A stretch of 64,000 bases of DNA from an uncultured Verrucomicrobiales bacterium (GCA_938091905.1 CALKOM010000053.1:1-64000); one strand, 5' to 3'; numbered from the stretch's first letter, positions 1-8,751 are shown. A program made the numbers and translations. Notes: generated from the sequence alone by a model not told the origin.

Positions 1-92
1 ACGACAAACGGCGCCATAGCTCACTCGGAAACGTCTCGCCTGAAACTTTCCTCAATCAACACTTCCAAACGCAGAAAACACACCTAAACTAA
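1..92 (+). CDS. IS3-family transposase OrfB, C-terminal fragment (partial)
   Basis: Hand translation of frame 3: RRHSSLGNVSP motif, TAA at 90-92. Confidence 0.8.
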   Translation, partial: DKRRHSSLGNVSPETFLNQHFQTQKTHLN

Positions 93-138
93 CAGAGCGA
101 TCTGTCCGGTCCATGTCCACTTTCTTGGGGGAACTCCA
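1..138 (+). mobile_element. Right end of an IS3-family insertion sequence (truncated by window edge)
   Basis: Frame 3 from base 3 reads DKRRHSSLGNVSPETFLNQHFQTQKTHLN* (stop 90-92), matching the R-x-H-S-x-L-G-x-x-S-P end of IS3 OrfB. It is followed by TGTCCACTTTCTTGGGGGAACTCCA ending at 138, whose reverse complement (TG...CCCC..AAAGTGGACA) resembles IS3 terminal inverted repeats. Confidence 0.8.
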
Positions 139-202
139 AAACGTCGATGACAGTTAAACCAGTGCGGATAGACAAGTGATTAGGCGAGCGAGTGGGCTTC
201 AA
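139..202 (-). pseudogene. Possible 5' end of a prepilin-type gene interrupted by the IS
   Basis: TTG at 202 gives MKPTRSPNHLSIRTG-LTVIDV, then the IS end. Resembles the G-F/L-T-L-I-E-V class III signal, with D instead of E at +5. AACCAACC leader at 224-217. Confidence 0.35.
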
Positions 203-247
203 GTGGAGGTGGCTCTGGTTGGTTTCTGGCCCAGACCTGTGTCTTTT

Positions 248-284
248 AAAGAGAAAGGGGCCGCCAGCAACTCGCTGGCGGCCC
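248..284 (-). terminator. Intrinsic terminator
   Basis: Perfect 11-bp stem GGGCCGCCAGC (258-268) / GCTGGCGGCCC (274-284), 5-nt loop, minus-strand tail CTTTCTCTTT. Confidence 0.75.
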
Positions 285-423
285 AGTTTAACCCCAAACC
301 CTGTGAAACCTGACTCAGGCCCCTCAATCGTGGAGACCCATGACAATCGCGGCCTTGGCACAAGGCGCATGGACTATATTAGAGTCATTGATTGAAGTGT
401 CGGAGATCATGTTTTTCAGGCTA
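248..423 (-). ncRNA. Candidate ~175-nt small RNA or attenuated leader
   Basis: Bounded by a promoter-like TTGACT-N17-TATTTT and a strong terminator. Contains only a 28-codon ORF (410-324) and a GGGUUUGGGGUU tract just before the hairpin. Confidence 0.4.
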
Positions 424-424
424 C

Positions 425-482
425 GGGTTAAAATAACAACTTATTTAGTTTAAGTCAACACTCTAAGTTGTTTTTTTAACCC
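425..482 (-). promoter_or_regulatory. Sigma70-like promoter embedded in a 19-bp inverted repeat
   Basis: TTGACT (458-453)-N17-TATTTT (435-430). Arms GGGTTAAAATAACAACTTA (425-443) and TAAGTTGTTTTTTTAACCC (464-482) are 18/19 complementary. Confidence 0.55.
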
Positions 483-488
483 TAAAGA

Positions 489-2459
489 TTACTCCTTAGC
501 AGCGGGAGCTGGCGAAGCCGCCTGTTGCACCGGGCTAGAACTCCGGATTCGGAGGAATCGGAAGGGGCTGACGGACGCTGCCTCCGTAAGAGCGATGGTA
601 ACACCGTTCCCATCGACGGCGATCAGCACAAAGTGCTCCGGATCGAACGCCCAGTTGTCGGTCGCCATGTCCGGCGAGGCCTCGAATCGGAAGCTCGCGG
701 TAGGGCCATTTCCTTTGCGCTTAAACGTGATGGCGAGGTGTGGCTCGCCAGTAACCTTGTGTGTTGCGAAACGTACTTGGGTGACTAAACCTGCGTCAGG
801 GCGAGTGTGCGCCTCGGAGATTGCCGGTGGGGCGATCTTCGCCGAACCGACGCCGTTTGCTGAAGGCCCCTGACGGACAGTGTCTTGTTTAGGCGCTTTT
901 TTAACGGTGGAATTTGGCAGGATGGTAGGGCGCTTAGTCAGACTGGCAGTGGAGAAAAATCCTTGGTCGAACTGTATGTTGTCGAACTCAAAGTCGATCA
1001 CTGGCTCTGTTCCGCTGCCCTCAGATGCTTCACCACCAAGCTCGCCCAGATCGAACCCATCCACGGCGATGTGGCCAACATTCTCCAGTGAGGCAAAGAC
1101 TTCGCTGATGCTAATGGTTTCAGGTCCTTCTTCAGATTTTTCTGGCGGAGACGTTGAGTATTCTGGAGATGTTAGGATCCAAGTGAGATCTTCGTTCTCT
1201 TGACTGTTGGTTTGCGTGCCTGAAGAGACGGTCGAGGCTTTAACCATTAAGCCATTCGTGTCGCTAATCTGGCGTTGATAGATCGCCGCTGCGTCTAAAT
1301 TATCGAGTTTGCTTGGAGATTTCCTCTGGGTGCTCAATACAGAGCTTACGGTTAAGGCCTCCCCTTCGATATCCAAGCGTTGAGTGGGCGGGTTCCATCC
1401 GCCGATGGCCTCTGGTAATTGATCCTGGTCCAATGGTAGAGCGCTGTTGCCATGAACCGGGCTATAGTAAGCGGGCACTTTGGTAACAACGTTTGACTGG
1501 CTTTTAGTAAGTGCGCTTGAGGCCCACGGTTGCCTCGGTCCGATTAGTAGGAGGGATGCTAGCATGAGCACGAGAGCCGTGCCGAGCTGGAACCGTTGCA
1601 GCGGGGTGATAGGGTGGCGGCACTTCCAAGGCGTGAGGATGGACCGAACACGAAGCATTAAAGGCTTCTCTGCTAGTGCCACTTTCGGGCGAATCTGAGG
1701 ATCGATGACGAGGCCACGTGTAGCTACTGTTGCCAGATGGCATGCATAATCAGCTGGCTGCTGACCTGCCGCAATGACGGCATCGTCACTGGCTTCCTCG
1801 CGATCCTCATCCATCTCTTTAGCGGCCCACCAGACCAACGGATGGAACCAGTAGAAGGCGCAAACAGCGTCACGAAGTAATGATGCCACGTAGTCTCCCC
1901 GCCGAATGTGCGCGAGTTCATGCATGAGGACAGCACGCACGCGTTGGGCACTCCAGCGGGCTGCAGAGGATGGAAGCACGACGAAATTTCTAAGCACGCC
2001 CCACGTCATTGGCATGATTCTTCCAGGGAAATGGAGCAGACGTACGGGTTTGTGAATGCCGAGGTCTTGACGGCATTCGGAAACAAGTGTACTCCAAGTA
2101 TCTGAGGTCAATTCGGTCGATGTGCGCTCGATCCGAAACAGGGCAATCAATCCTAAAAGAACTTTGCTACAGAACAGAAGAGCGCCGATGCACCAAATGG
2201 GGAGCAACCAGGGCTCGATTGCGGTAACGATTGGTGTGGCTTCCCAGCCTGGCAAGACTTGCCAGTGAGGGACAAAGGGATCGATCACCATTAAGGCTCC
2301 CAAACATAGGAAGCCGCATATCCACACATAATGCCGACAGCTAGCGGAGCGCGTCCACAACGCTAACATGCCAACCAGCAAGAGGAACATCGTCCCTTTG
2401 ATGGAGCATGTCAGAAGGAGGCTTGAGAAGGCCTCTGGTTGGGTCACGGTGGGGGGCAT
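489..2459 (-). CDS. M56 family (BlaR1/MecR1-like) membrane metallopeptidase with long acidic linker and C-terminal beta domain
   Basis: N-terminal TM helices; VLMHELAHIRRGD (HExxH), WFHPLVW and REEASDD motifs; lies downstream of a BlaI-like gene. Confidence 0.92.
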   Translation of the reverse strand: MPPTVTQPEAFSSLLLTCSIKGTMFLLLVGMLALWTRSASCRHYVWICGFLCLGALMVIDPFVPHWQVLPGWEATPIVTAIEPWLLPIWCIGALLFCSKVLLGLIALFRIERTSTELTSDTWSTLVSECRQDLGIHKPVRLLHFPGRIMPMTWGVLRNFVVLPSSAARWSAQRVRAVLMHELAHIRRGDYVASLLRDAVCAFYWFHPLVWWAAKEMDEDREEASDDAVIAAGQQPADYACHLATVATRGLVIDPQIRPKVALAEKPLMLRVRSILTPWKCRHPITPLQRFQLGTALVLMLASLLLIGPRQPWASSALTKSQSNVVTKVPAYYSPVHGNSALPLDQDQLPEAIGGWNPPTQRLDIEGEALTVSSVLSTQRKSPSKLDNLDAAAIYQRQISDTNGLMVKASTVSSGTQTNSQENEDLTWILTSPEYSTSPPEKSEEGPETISISEVFASLENVGHIAVDGFDLGELGGEASEGSGTEPVIDFEFDNIQFDQGFFSTASLTKRPTILPNSTVKKAPKQDTVRQGPSANGVGSAKIAPPAISEAHTRPDAGLVTQVRFATHKVTGEPHLAITFKRKGNGPTASFRFEASPDMATDNWAFDPEHFVLIAVDGNGVTIALTEAASVSPFRFLRIRSSSPVQQAASPAPAAKE

Positions 2460-2521
2460 GACTCGCGGTGTTTATGACTAGCGGAGCGCTAGTCGAAATT
2501 GGTTTGGTTGATGGTGAAATC

Positions 2522-2917
2522 CTATAAATCTTGCATGGATTTGGCTTCTTCGATCATTTCAGCGAGTTGAGCGAGCTCACTTCCATCATACTGTACTTTC
2601 GGATCGGCCAGGTAGGCTCCTAACCCTTTCTGCAGAGAACCATCGAAGAAGGTGTGGAGCACATTGTGCAAAGCTGATTTGCCTACCGAATGACGCGCCT
2701 GTGTGGCTTCGTATACGAACTCACGCCCGCGCTTCGTGTGGCAGATGTGGCCTTTCTCTTCCATCACACGAAGAAGGAAGCGAACAGCTGCGCGGGTTGG
2801 AGGTTCCTCCATTTGACGCATGATCTCAGTCACGGTCGAGTTTCGAAGGCGATAGATGATCTCAAGCAGCTCGCGTTCACGACGGCTTAAAGGTGGGAGC
2901 GGCGAAGGTAGGCTCAT
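2522..2917 (-). CDS. BlaI/MecI/CopY family transcriptional repressor
   Basis: LSRRERELLEIIY...LRVMEEKG...GREFVY winged-helix pattern; paired with M56. ATG 2917 preferred over the ORF-track start at 2968. Confidence 0.92.
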   Translation of the reverse strand: MSLPSPLPPLSRRERELLEIIYRLRNSTVTEIMRQMEEPPTRAAVRFLLRVMEEKGHICHTKRGREFVYEATQARHSVGKSALHNVLHTFFDGSLQKGLGAYLADPKVQYDGSELAQLAEMIEEAKSMQDL

Positions 2918-2958
2918 GAGGAAGATAGAACGGTGGACATCGGTTAATTTCCCATTCT

Positions 2959-2975
2959 TTGACCCCAAGTGTCAA
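2959..2975. promoter_or_regulatory. Palindrome TTGAC-N7-GTCAA overlapping a TTGACA -35 box upstream of the BlaI-like gene
   Basis: Read directly from the sequence; operator role inferred from BlaI-family autoregulation. Confidence 0.4.
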
Positions 2976-3050
2976 GGCTTTAAGGAAATAATCGCTCAAA
3001 TTGCAGCGATTCTTGCTTGATATTCGCCGGTCGTAATCCCCGAGACGGAC

Positions 3051-4403
3051 CTAGAGAATGCCCAGCTGGCGGAAATCGCCGGGGATGTCGTCCGCAGCTT
3101 CACTGTAGCCAGGCATGATGCTGTCTAGTAAGGCGGGCTCGTTTCCGAAGTGCTTGGTGAATATCTCACCAAAGATGGCCCGGAAATCGGTGAGCCGAGC
3201 TAGGTAGCGGCCGCGCTTGCTGAACATGTCTCCATCGAGCCACGTGGTGCTGTCGCAGTTATAGACGCCACCGTTCACGCCACCGCCACCGACAAACATG
3301 GTGCTGGCTTCAGCGTGATCCGTGCCACCGCCGCCGTTCTCTTTCGAGGTCCGGCCAAACTCAGTCATGGTGACGACGATGATGTCTTCCCACTGATCTT
3401 GGAGATCTAGGTAGAGCGCTTGAAATCCCTGAGCGATATCGCCTAACAGATTCCCATGTTTGCCATTCACGCCGCCTTGGCCGCCGTGTGTGTCGAAGCC
3501 GCCTTTGTTCACGCCGACGACGCGCACGGGCGTCCGTTTCATGAGCATGGCGGCTTCCATGAGTTTTTCCCCAAGGTTACTGTCAGGGTAGACCGCACCG
3601 TTGGCGGGAACATAGGGACCTTGATCAACAGCCGACTTGAGTGTGCCAAGCGTGTTTGTCATGGCTTGACCTGTTTGCTTGACTAGATTCGCGTAGCGTG
3701 AATTGGCCAGACTGCTAGTAGATGAATAGAGTCCACGAACCCCTTTGCCATTCTTTCCGTCTCTTGGGAGATCGCCGAGGAACTTACCCTTTTGCTCATC
3801 GTTGCCGAGGAAGGCGAAGTCGTCTGCTTCACGGAAGTTGGGAAACGGGTGTTCTCCTCGCAGACCACTTAATTGAGAGCCTGAGATCGAAGCCGCAATG
3901 AAAGCATTCTCGACGGTTCTGAGATCTCTCGTCTCAGCAAGCTGTCGATAGAACATTCCGTCTTTAATCGACTTATCGCGAGGCACACCTTTCTCCCAGT
4001 ATTCCTGACTATCAAAGTGTGAACGTGACTGGTTTGCGTAGCCCACACGGTGAATGACAGCGAGGTTGCCTGGGCCCTCCACACCAGTGAGCTGTGTGGA
4101 GTTGTAGAGCGACATTATTGGCGCCATGGCCGAGTTGAGCTGTGCGAACCCATTGCCTAGGTCCAGGGCATCACTTTCGGGTAGGTAAAGAGACCTGCGG
4201 TTTGTGTTATTGTATTCGCTATCGCCGCGAGGGATGACGGTGTTGATTCCGTCATTGCCGCCACGTTGGAAAATGAAGATTAGCTTCTTGTTATCTCCGG
4301 GCTCAGCCGCATTCAGCTTGTCATTGAGAAGGAAGGGGTGGATGCCGAGGGCACCACCGAATAACGCGCTACGGCGTAGGAATTGACGTCTGCTAGACTT
4401 CAT
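3051..4403 (-). CDS. DUF1501 domain protein, Tat-exported
   Basis: SRRQFL Tat motif; FQRGGNDG, SRSHFDSQ, GGFDTH, TEFGRT and GTDH motifs; follows DUF1800. Confidence 0.9.
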   Translation of the reverse strand: MKSSRRQFLRRSALFGGALGIHPFLLNDKLNAAEPGDNKKLIFIFQRGGNDGINTVIPRGDSEYNNTNRRSLYLPESDALDLGNGFAQLNSAMAPIMSLYNSTQLTGVEGPGNLAVIHRVGYANQSRSHFDSQEYWEKGVPRDKSIKDGMFYRQLAETRDLRTVENAFIAASISGSQLSGLRGEHPFPNFREADDFAFLGNDEQKGKFLGDLPRDGKNGKGVRGLYSSTSSLANSRYANLVKQTGQAMTNTLGTLKSAVDQGPYVPANGAVYPDSNLGEKLMEAAMLMKRTPVRVVGVNKGGFDTHGGQGGVNGKHGNLLGDIAQGFQALYLDLQDQWEDIIVVTMTEFGRTSKENGGGGTDHAEASTMFVGGGGVNGGVYNCDSTTWLDGDMFSKRGRYLARLTDFRAIFGEIFTKHFGNEPALLDSIMPGYSEAADDIPGDFRQLGIL

Positions 4404-4423
4404 GATTGGGTGAGAGCTGGTGT

Positions 4424-7400
4424 TTATTGGAATTGGAAATCAGGAGATGCGAGAATCAGCCCCACGAGGTCGCGAAGTCGGTTGCGTTTGATGGCATTCG
4501 ATTGGTTTGACCAGAGGCTTGGTAGGCAGGCGGTATCTGTGTTCACGTAGTCGAGTAGGATGGCTTGATTCTCCTCCGTCAGATGACTCTGGAAATAGAG
4601 CTGATTGAAGTGATTAATGACGTCTTGTGGCGTGGTGAGAGCGTGTTTCTGAAGGAAGCTAGCAGGGTCCCAGGAAGTTCCGCTGCTGGTAAGACCCTGA
4701 GTGAGTGCCTGGCCGAACTTGATGCGTTCAAGCAGGCCTTGGGTATCCATCCAGCCAAGGGCTTCTTCTGGAAAACCGTCTGGCTCTTCCCGCTCGAAGA
4801 TGGTCATTCCGAGATCCTCGTTGACCTCAGAAACGCGGTCATTGAGTTGAGGCACGTCGAGCGCCCGCATGGTGCTGTTTACATATTCGACGGCGCTCTT
4901 TACTTTGGAGCGGTAAGCGATTCCGGACCAGAAAGCGCTCTTCTGGTCGGTCGGGTCTAATAGGGTGCGAACGATGGTGCCCATGTGACCCGGGCGAGCG
5001 GTGGATGTCCAAGCGGCGATCCCTTGGTCGACGAGAGCGATCAGTTCAGGTGGTGCTGTGGCATCATGGTAGGACGCTAATGAGATCTCATCAGAAACGA
5101 GTTTGTTCACGAGTTTGATGACGATGAACTCTCTTGTGGACGGATGATTGATCATGGCATCGATCACCTCGATAGCGTCATTCACGCCGGCAGCGCCTGT
5201 TCGTTCTGCCGGGATACGCAGTTGATGAGGCGTACCCTCAAAGAGAATCTTCTCTTCTGTATTGTGCTGCTCAGGTTGGAATCGGAAACTCCACAAGCCG
5301 CCTGAGCTGGCTTCATCGATGCTGTCATCCGTGTAGGTGCGAGAGACAATGCGGGGACCGAGGGTGAGGTCACTGCTGTTGAGGCTGGTGTTGTGAACCT
5401 GGACGGCTAGCACATTGATCTCGGGAGCTGGTTTCAGAAGATCTAGGTGGTTTGCAAGGAAGACCGTGTCATGGGCAGTCTCGTTTCCGTGATTTCGAGA
5501 GCTACGGTCGAAGGCTGGAGGACTGCCGTAGTTTCGCATGGTATAACTACGGCCGATCTCTACGCCATTCAGATAAGCGACATAACCGTCATCGTATGCC
5601 ATATCGAGAACGAGTTCGTCGTAGTCGAGACCGGCTTCCAAGACGAATTCGCGCCGGGCATAGGCGGTGAGGTAATTGCCTCGCATATCGTCGAGGATGG
5701 TAGCATCGTCACCATCTCCGTAACCGATCCCGCTGGCTCCTTCAGTCCAACCTGAGGTGTCGAAACCCGGTTCTGTCCAAGCTGTCGTGGGTTCACCTGA
5801 GGCGTTTGCTGATGGCTCTTGTGTGCCTTTTATAAAACGCCAACCAGCGCCGAGATCGACAATCGGAGTTTCGCGCTCGATGGCGAGGCTTGGCGTCGTG
5901 TAAGGCGCGCGGGCAATGTCGGGAAAGAACTTTAGGGCGTCGGGGCGAACTTTGCGGACCGTCCATCCCGTAAAGCACTTTGCCAGTTGCTCGATGTCTC
6001 TTTGAGTGTAGCGGTTGTCCACGCCAAAGGCATAGAGTTCGAGGATTTCGCGAGCGTAGTTCTCGTTAGGGGACTCTTTAAGGTTCCCCACGTTGTCCAA
6101 GTAGATCAGCATGGCAGGACTCGTGGCGCTGTAGAGAAGGAGATCGCCGAAATAGCCTAACGCATGGTCATGAAAGAATGTATACTCTTGGAACTCCATC
6201 TGTGCGGCTTCCCGAGCAATTTGCGCGTAGAGACGTCGATTGTCAGCATCGGAGGTCATGAGGCGTTCGTACGCTTCACGTTTTTCTAAATGATCTTCGA
6301 GCTTGTTTACATCCGTGGCGAAATGGTTTTCCCAAAAATCAGTGAGGACGACTTGGAGTTGGCGATCAGAATACACACCTTGCGCGTGAACCAGCTCCTG
6401 TAGTTCATCGAGCCCGCGAATTGTCTGAAAACCCGGGCTCGGAGCGTGGTAGAAGGCCGGGCTGAAGGATAGATCGGAACTCGTGCGGCTTTGATTGTGC
6501 ACTTGAACGGCGAGTACGTTCTTGCCCTCTCGCATCAGGCTTCGAAAGTCGTCGACATTGAATTCGTTTGGATTCGAATTGTCAACATTGCCCGCAGCAC
6601 CTTGAGCACTGTCATCGAAGGCCGGTGGATTTCCCGCAACATTTGCACGCGCGAATTCCTGACCATTAAGGTAAGCCACGAATCCATCGTCATAAGAGAT
6701 GCGCAGTCTAACGTTTTCCAGATTTGCAGGGTCCTCGACGTCGAAGGTGTGTCGCGTATAGAGCGAGAGGTAACCGTCGCTTCCTCCCATGTCGTCGAGA
6801 ACAGTTTCGTCGTCGCCATCACCATAGCCGATGCCTGCTGGCCCTTTTTCCCAGAAGGTCGGTATGAAGTCCACGTCCTTCCAGTTGGACGGAGGCTCGC
6901 TCCGACCTTTGAAGAAGGTCCATGTAGCGCCTTCCTCAATAAAGTAGGTTTCTTCACCAGGGACGAAGGTCTGGAAGTAGTCGTCGGCCTTGATGGATTG
7001 AACGCTTTCCAGGGTATCCATGGGGCGCGTGTTGAGCTGGTCCTCAATGTAGCCTTCGATGCCTAGCTCTTCGACTTTCTCGAAGCTGGCTTTGGACGGG
7101 CCGTAAGCAATTCGGTTTAGAAGGTGACCGATCTTCTCTGTCTTAGACGTTGGGGCAGGATTCGCGTCTGGGTCTTGGGTAGGATTGCCTCCACCTGACC
7201 CACCATTGCCGCCTGAACCAGTTCCGCCCGATCCCGAGCCTCTATCGGGCACATACTCTACCTGGAGCCAGCGTTCGTCATTGTGCTTGGCCGTTGGAAT
7301 CGTCGTGCTTTCGCCCAGGGTCACTCGCACCAGCGCGAAACTGCTGGGATCAGGCAACGTGAAAGTGAGCATAGCGGCTTCATCACCCGTCATCGGGCCA

Positions 7401-7606
7401 GCTACCATCGTTTCCCAAAACTGATCCACGGGCGCGCCATTAGCCTGCAACGTTGCGTGACGATATCCAGCGGGCACTTCTGCTTGGATAACCAATTGCC
7501 GGGTGTCGTTCATAGAGACCCCAGTGATCCGGGGACGATCTTCAGCGTTGGCAATGACGAGGCCGAGCAGTACCAAGGCCATTGCCGAGGGGGCAAAGCG
7601 TTTCAT
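4424..7606 (-). CDS. DUF1800 family protein with two inserted jelly-roll-like domains
   Basis: HLLNRIAYG, FWENHF, SPAMLIYLDN, PNENYAREILELY and C-terminal SPDFQFQ motifs; signal peptide; two copies of a GIGYGDGDD...YDDG.VAYLNG domain. Confidence 0.88.
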   Translation of the reverse strand: MKRFAPSAMALVLLGLVIANAEDRPRITGVSMNDTRQLVIQAEVPAGYRHATLQANGAPVDQFWETMVAGPMTGDEAAMLTFTLPDPSSFALVRVTLGESTTIPTAKHNDERWLQVEYVPDRGSGSGGTGSGGNGGSGGGNPTQDPDANPAPTSKTEKIGHLLNRIAYGPSKASFEKVEELGIEGYIEDQLNTRPMDTLESVQSIKADDYFQTFVPGEETYFIEEGATWTFFKGRSEPPSNWKDVDFIPTFWEKGPAGIGYGDGDDETVLDDMGGSDGYLSLYTRHTFDVEDPANLENVRLRISYDDGFVAYLNGQEFARANVAGNPPAFDDSAQGAAGNVDNSNPNEFNVDDFRSLMREGKNVLAVQVHNQSRTSSDLSFSPAFYHAPSPGFQTIRGLDELQELVHAQGVYSDRQLQVVLTDFWENHFATDVNKLEDHLEKREAYERLMTSDADNRRLYAQIAREAAQMEFQEYTFFHDHALGYFGDLLLYSATSPAMLIYLDNVGNLKESPNENYAREILELYAFGVDNRYTQRDIEQLAKCFTGWTVRKVRPDALKFFPDIARAPYTTPSLAIERETPIVDLGAGWRFIKGTQEPSANASGEPTTAWTEPGFDTSGWTEGASGIGYGDGDDATILDDMRGNYLTAYARREFVLEAGLDYDELVLDMAYDDGYVAYLNGVEIGRSYTMRNYGSPPAFDRSSRNHGNETAHDTVFLANHLDLLKPAPEINVLAVQVHNTSLNSSDLTLGPRIVSRTYTDDSIDEASSGGLWSFRFQPEQHNTEEKILFEGTPHQLRIPAERTGAAGVNDAIEVIDAMINHPSTREFIVIKLVNKLVSDEISLASYHDATAPPELIALVDQGIAAWTSTARPGHMGTIVRTLLDPTDQKSAFWSGIAYRSKVKSAVEYVNSTMRALDVPQLNDRVSEVNEDLGMTIFEREEPDGFPEEALGWMDTQGLLERIKFGQALTQGLTSSGTSWDPASFLQKHALTTPQDVINHFNQLYFQSHLTEENQAILLDYVNTDTACLPSLWSNQSNAIKRNRLRDLVGLILASPDFQFQ

Positions 7607-7664
7607 AGGCGAGGAATCAGGAGAAATGGGTTTGGAGGATAGCGACGGCGCGGGCGGAGTAACC

Positions 7665-8594
7665 TTAGCGACTCGCTATTATACGAACGAATTGCCTGCT
7701 TTCATTCATCATTTTTCTGAAGCGCACGACTCCGGCTAGAATTTCACCTTTGTTAACCTGGTTTTTCCAGTCATTTAACTCTAGTGAGCTTGAGCATTGC
7801 AGCGTGTAGACTTGGCCTTGGGTTGCAGGCGCAGTTATGATCCATTCTCGCGTGTCGAGGTCTTGCTCAAGGGAGGCGATAAAGGGCTCCGGTTCGTTTG
7901 GGCTGCTTCCTTCGTGCTCAATTTCGAGTATTGGAGGAGTCGTACGATGTTCGCTTGCTGCAAATCGTCGTGCGGTCTTACTTACATCCTCGTCCTGTGT
8001 CAGCAGGATCCAGCCGTGGTTCGCGGCAGGTTCAGTGAGCATCGACCGGAGGTCGGCCAGGCCCACGGAGTTAAACTGGAAAATCACTTCGCCGGTGCCG
8101 CTTACTCTGGCCGTCGCGCTTGGCTCTGTTGCGTAATCTGTGCCGGCTTCGCCTCCCGCGGTCGCCCAGAGTGCATCCGGATGACTGTTCGCTGCCCACG
8201 TCGATTCACCGTCCGTGGCTCGGCGGCCTCCAGGAAGATCGCCCCGTTGCTCGCCCTCTGCCCACGGCGTGAGAAACCGGTGGAGCGCGAATGTCGAATT
8301 TGCTCGAGTCTCACTTGGAGGGGCCATGGTGACCTTCACCCGGTAGCGCGCAGCAATGATCTCAGTCTTGTCTGGCAGTGTGAGATCGACTTGAAAGAGA
8401 ATTCGGCTTCGAAGATTCTCCCCCATTTCTCCAAGGGTGCCCGCAGGCAGATCGCGTTGAGTACCAAGGTTGAATGTCGGATCTAACTCGAAGAGACTTG
8501 TGTCCCGGGTGACGGAAAGTTCGGTGGTTTCAGCACCAGAAAGAGAGGCGAAAGTGAGAAGAAAGGCTGCAGCGAGAGGAGGGGATTTGGGCAT
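7665..8594 (-). CDS. Secreted DNRLRE-type (CBM96-like) domain protein
   Basis: Signal peptide; DTSLFE..P..N.G, W...GG, NHGWIL and F.ASE....PP.L.I pattern; small C-terminal beta domain. Confidence 0.72.
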   Translation of the reverse strand: MPKSPPLAAAFLLTFASLSGAETTELSVTRDTSLFELDPTFNLGTQRDLPAGTLGEMGENLRSRILFQVDLTLPDKTEIIAARYRVKVTMAPPSETRANSTFALHRFLTPWAEGEQRGDLPGGRRATDGESTWAANSHPDALWATAGGEAGTDYATEPSATARVSGTGEVIFQFNSVGLADLRSMLTEPAANHGWILLTQDEDVSKTARRFAASEHRTTPPILEIEHEGSSPNEPEPFIASLEQDLDTREWIITAPATQGQVYTLQCSSSLELNDWKNQVNKGEILAGVVRFRKMMNESRQFVRIIASR

Positions 8595-8751
8595 GGCGAA
8601 AGTGGGGGCAAATTCGCGTAAACAAATTTCAGATTGTTAGCGAATTCTCGGTCTTGAACTATTCCACTCCGAAACCTTGAAATTCCTGATTACAGAAGGA
8701 CTTGTCACCAGTGTTTTCAGAGGCATAGATTGGCTAGATCAGCCGAAAGTC

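Noticed and set aside
2341..2494. 12-nt direct repeat CTAGCGGAGCGC shared by the M56 leader hairpin (2476-2494) and its coding region (2341-2352)
   Set aside because: A single short match. The hairpin is real, but there is no evidence for a switch or a repeat family.
6491..8486. Long antisense or alternate-frame ORFs (6491-7066 +, 6535-7047 -, 7797-8486 +) and similar ones elsewhere
   Set aside because: They are fully nested in well-supported genes and lack motifs, as expected from codon bias at this GC content.
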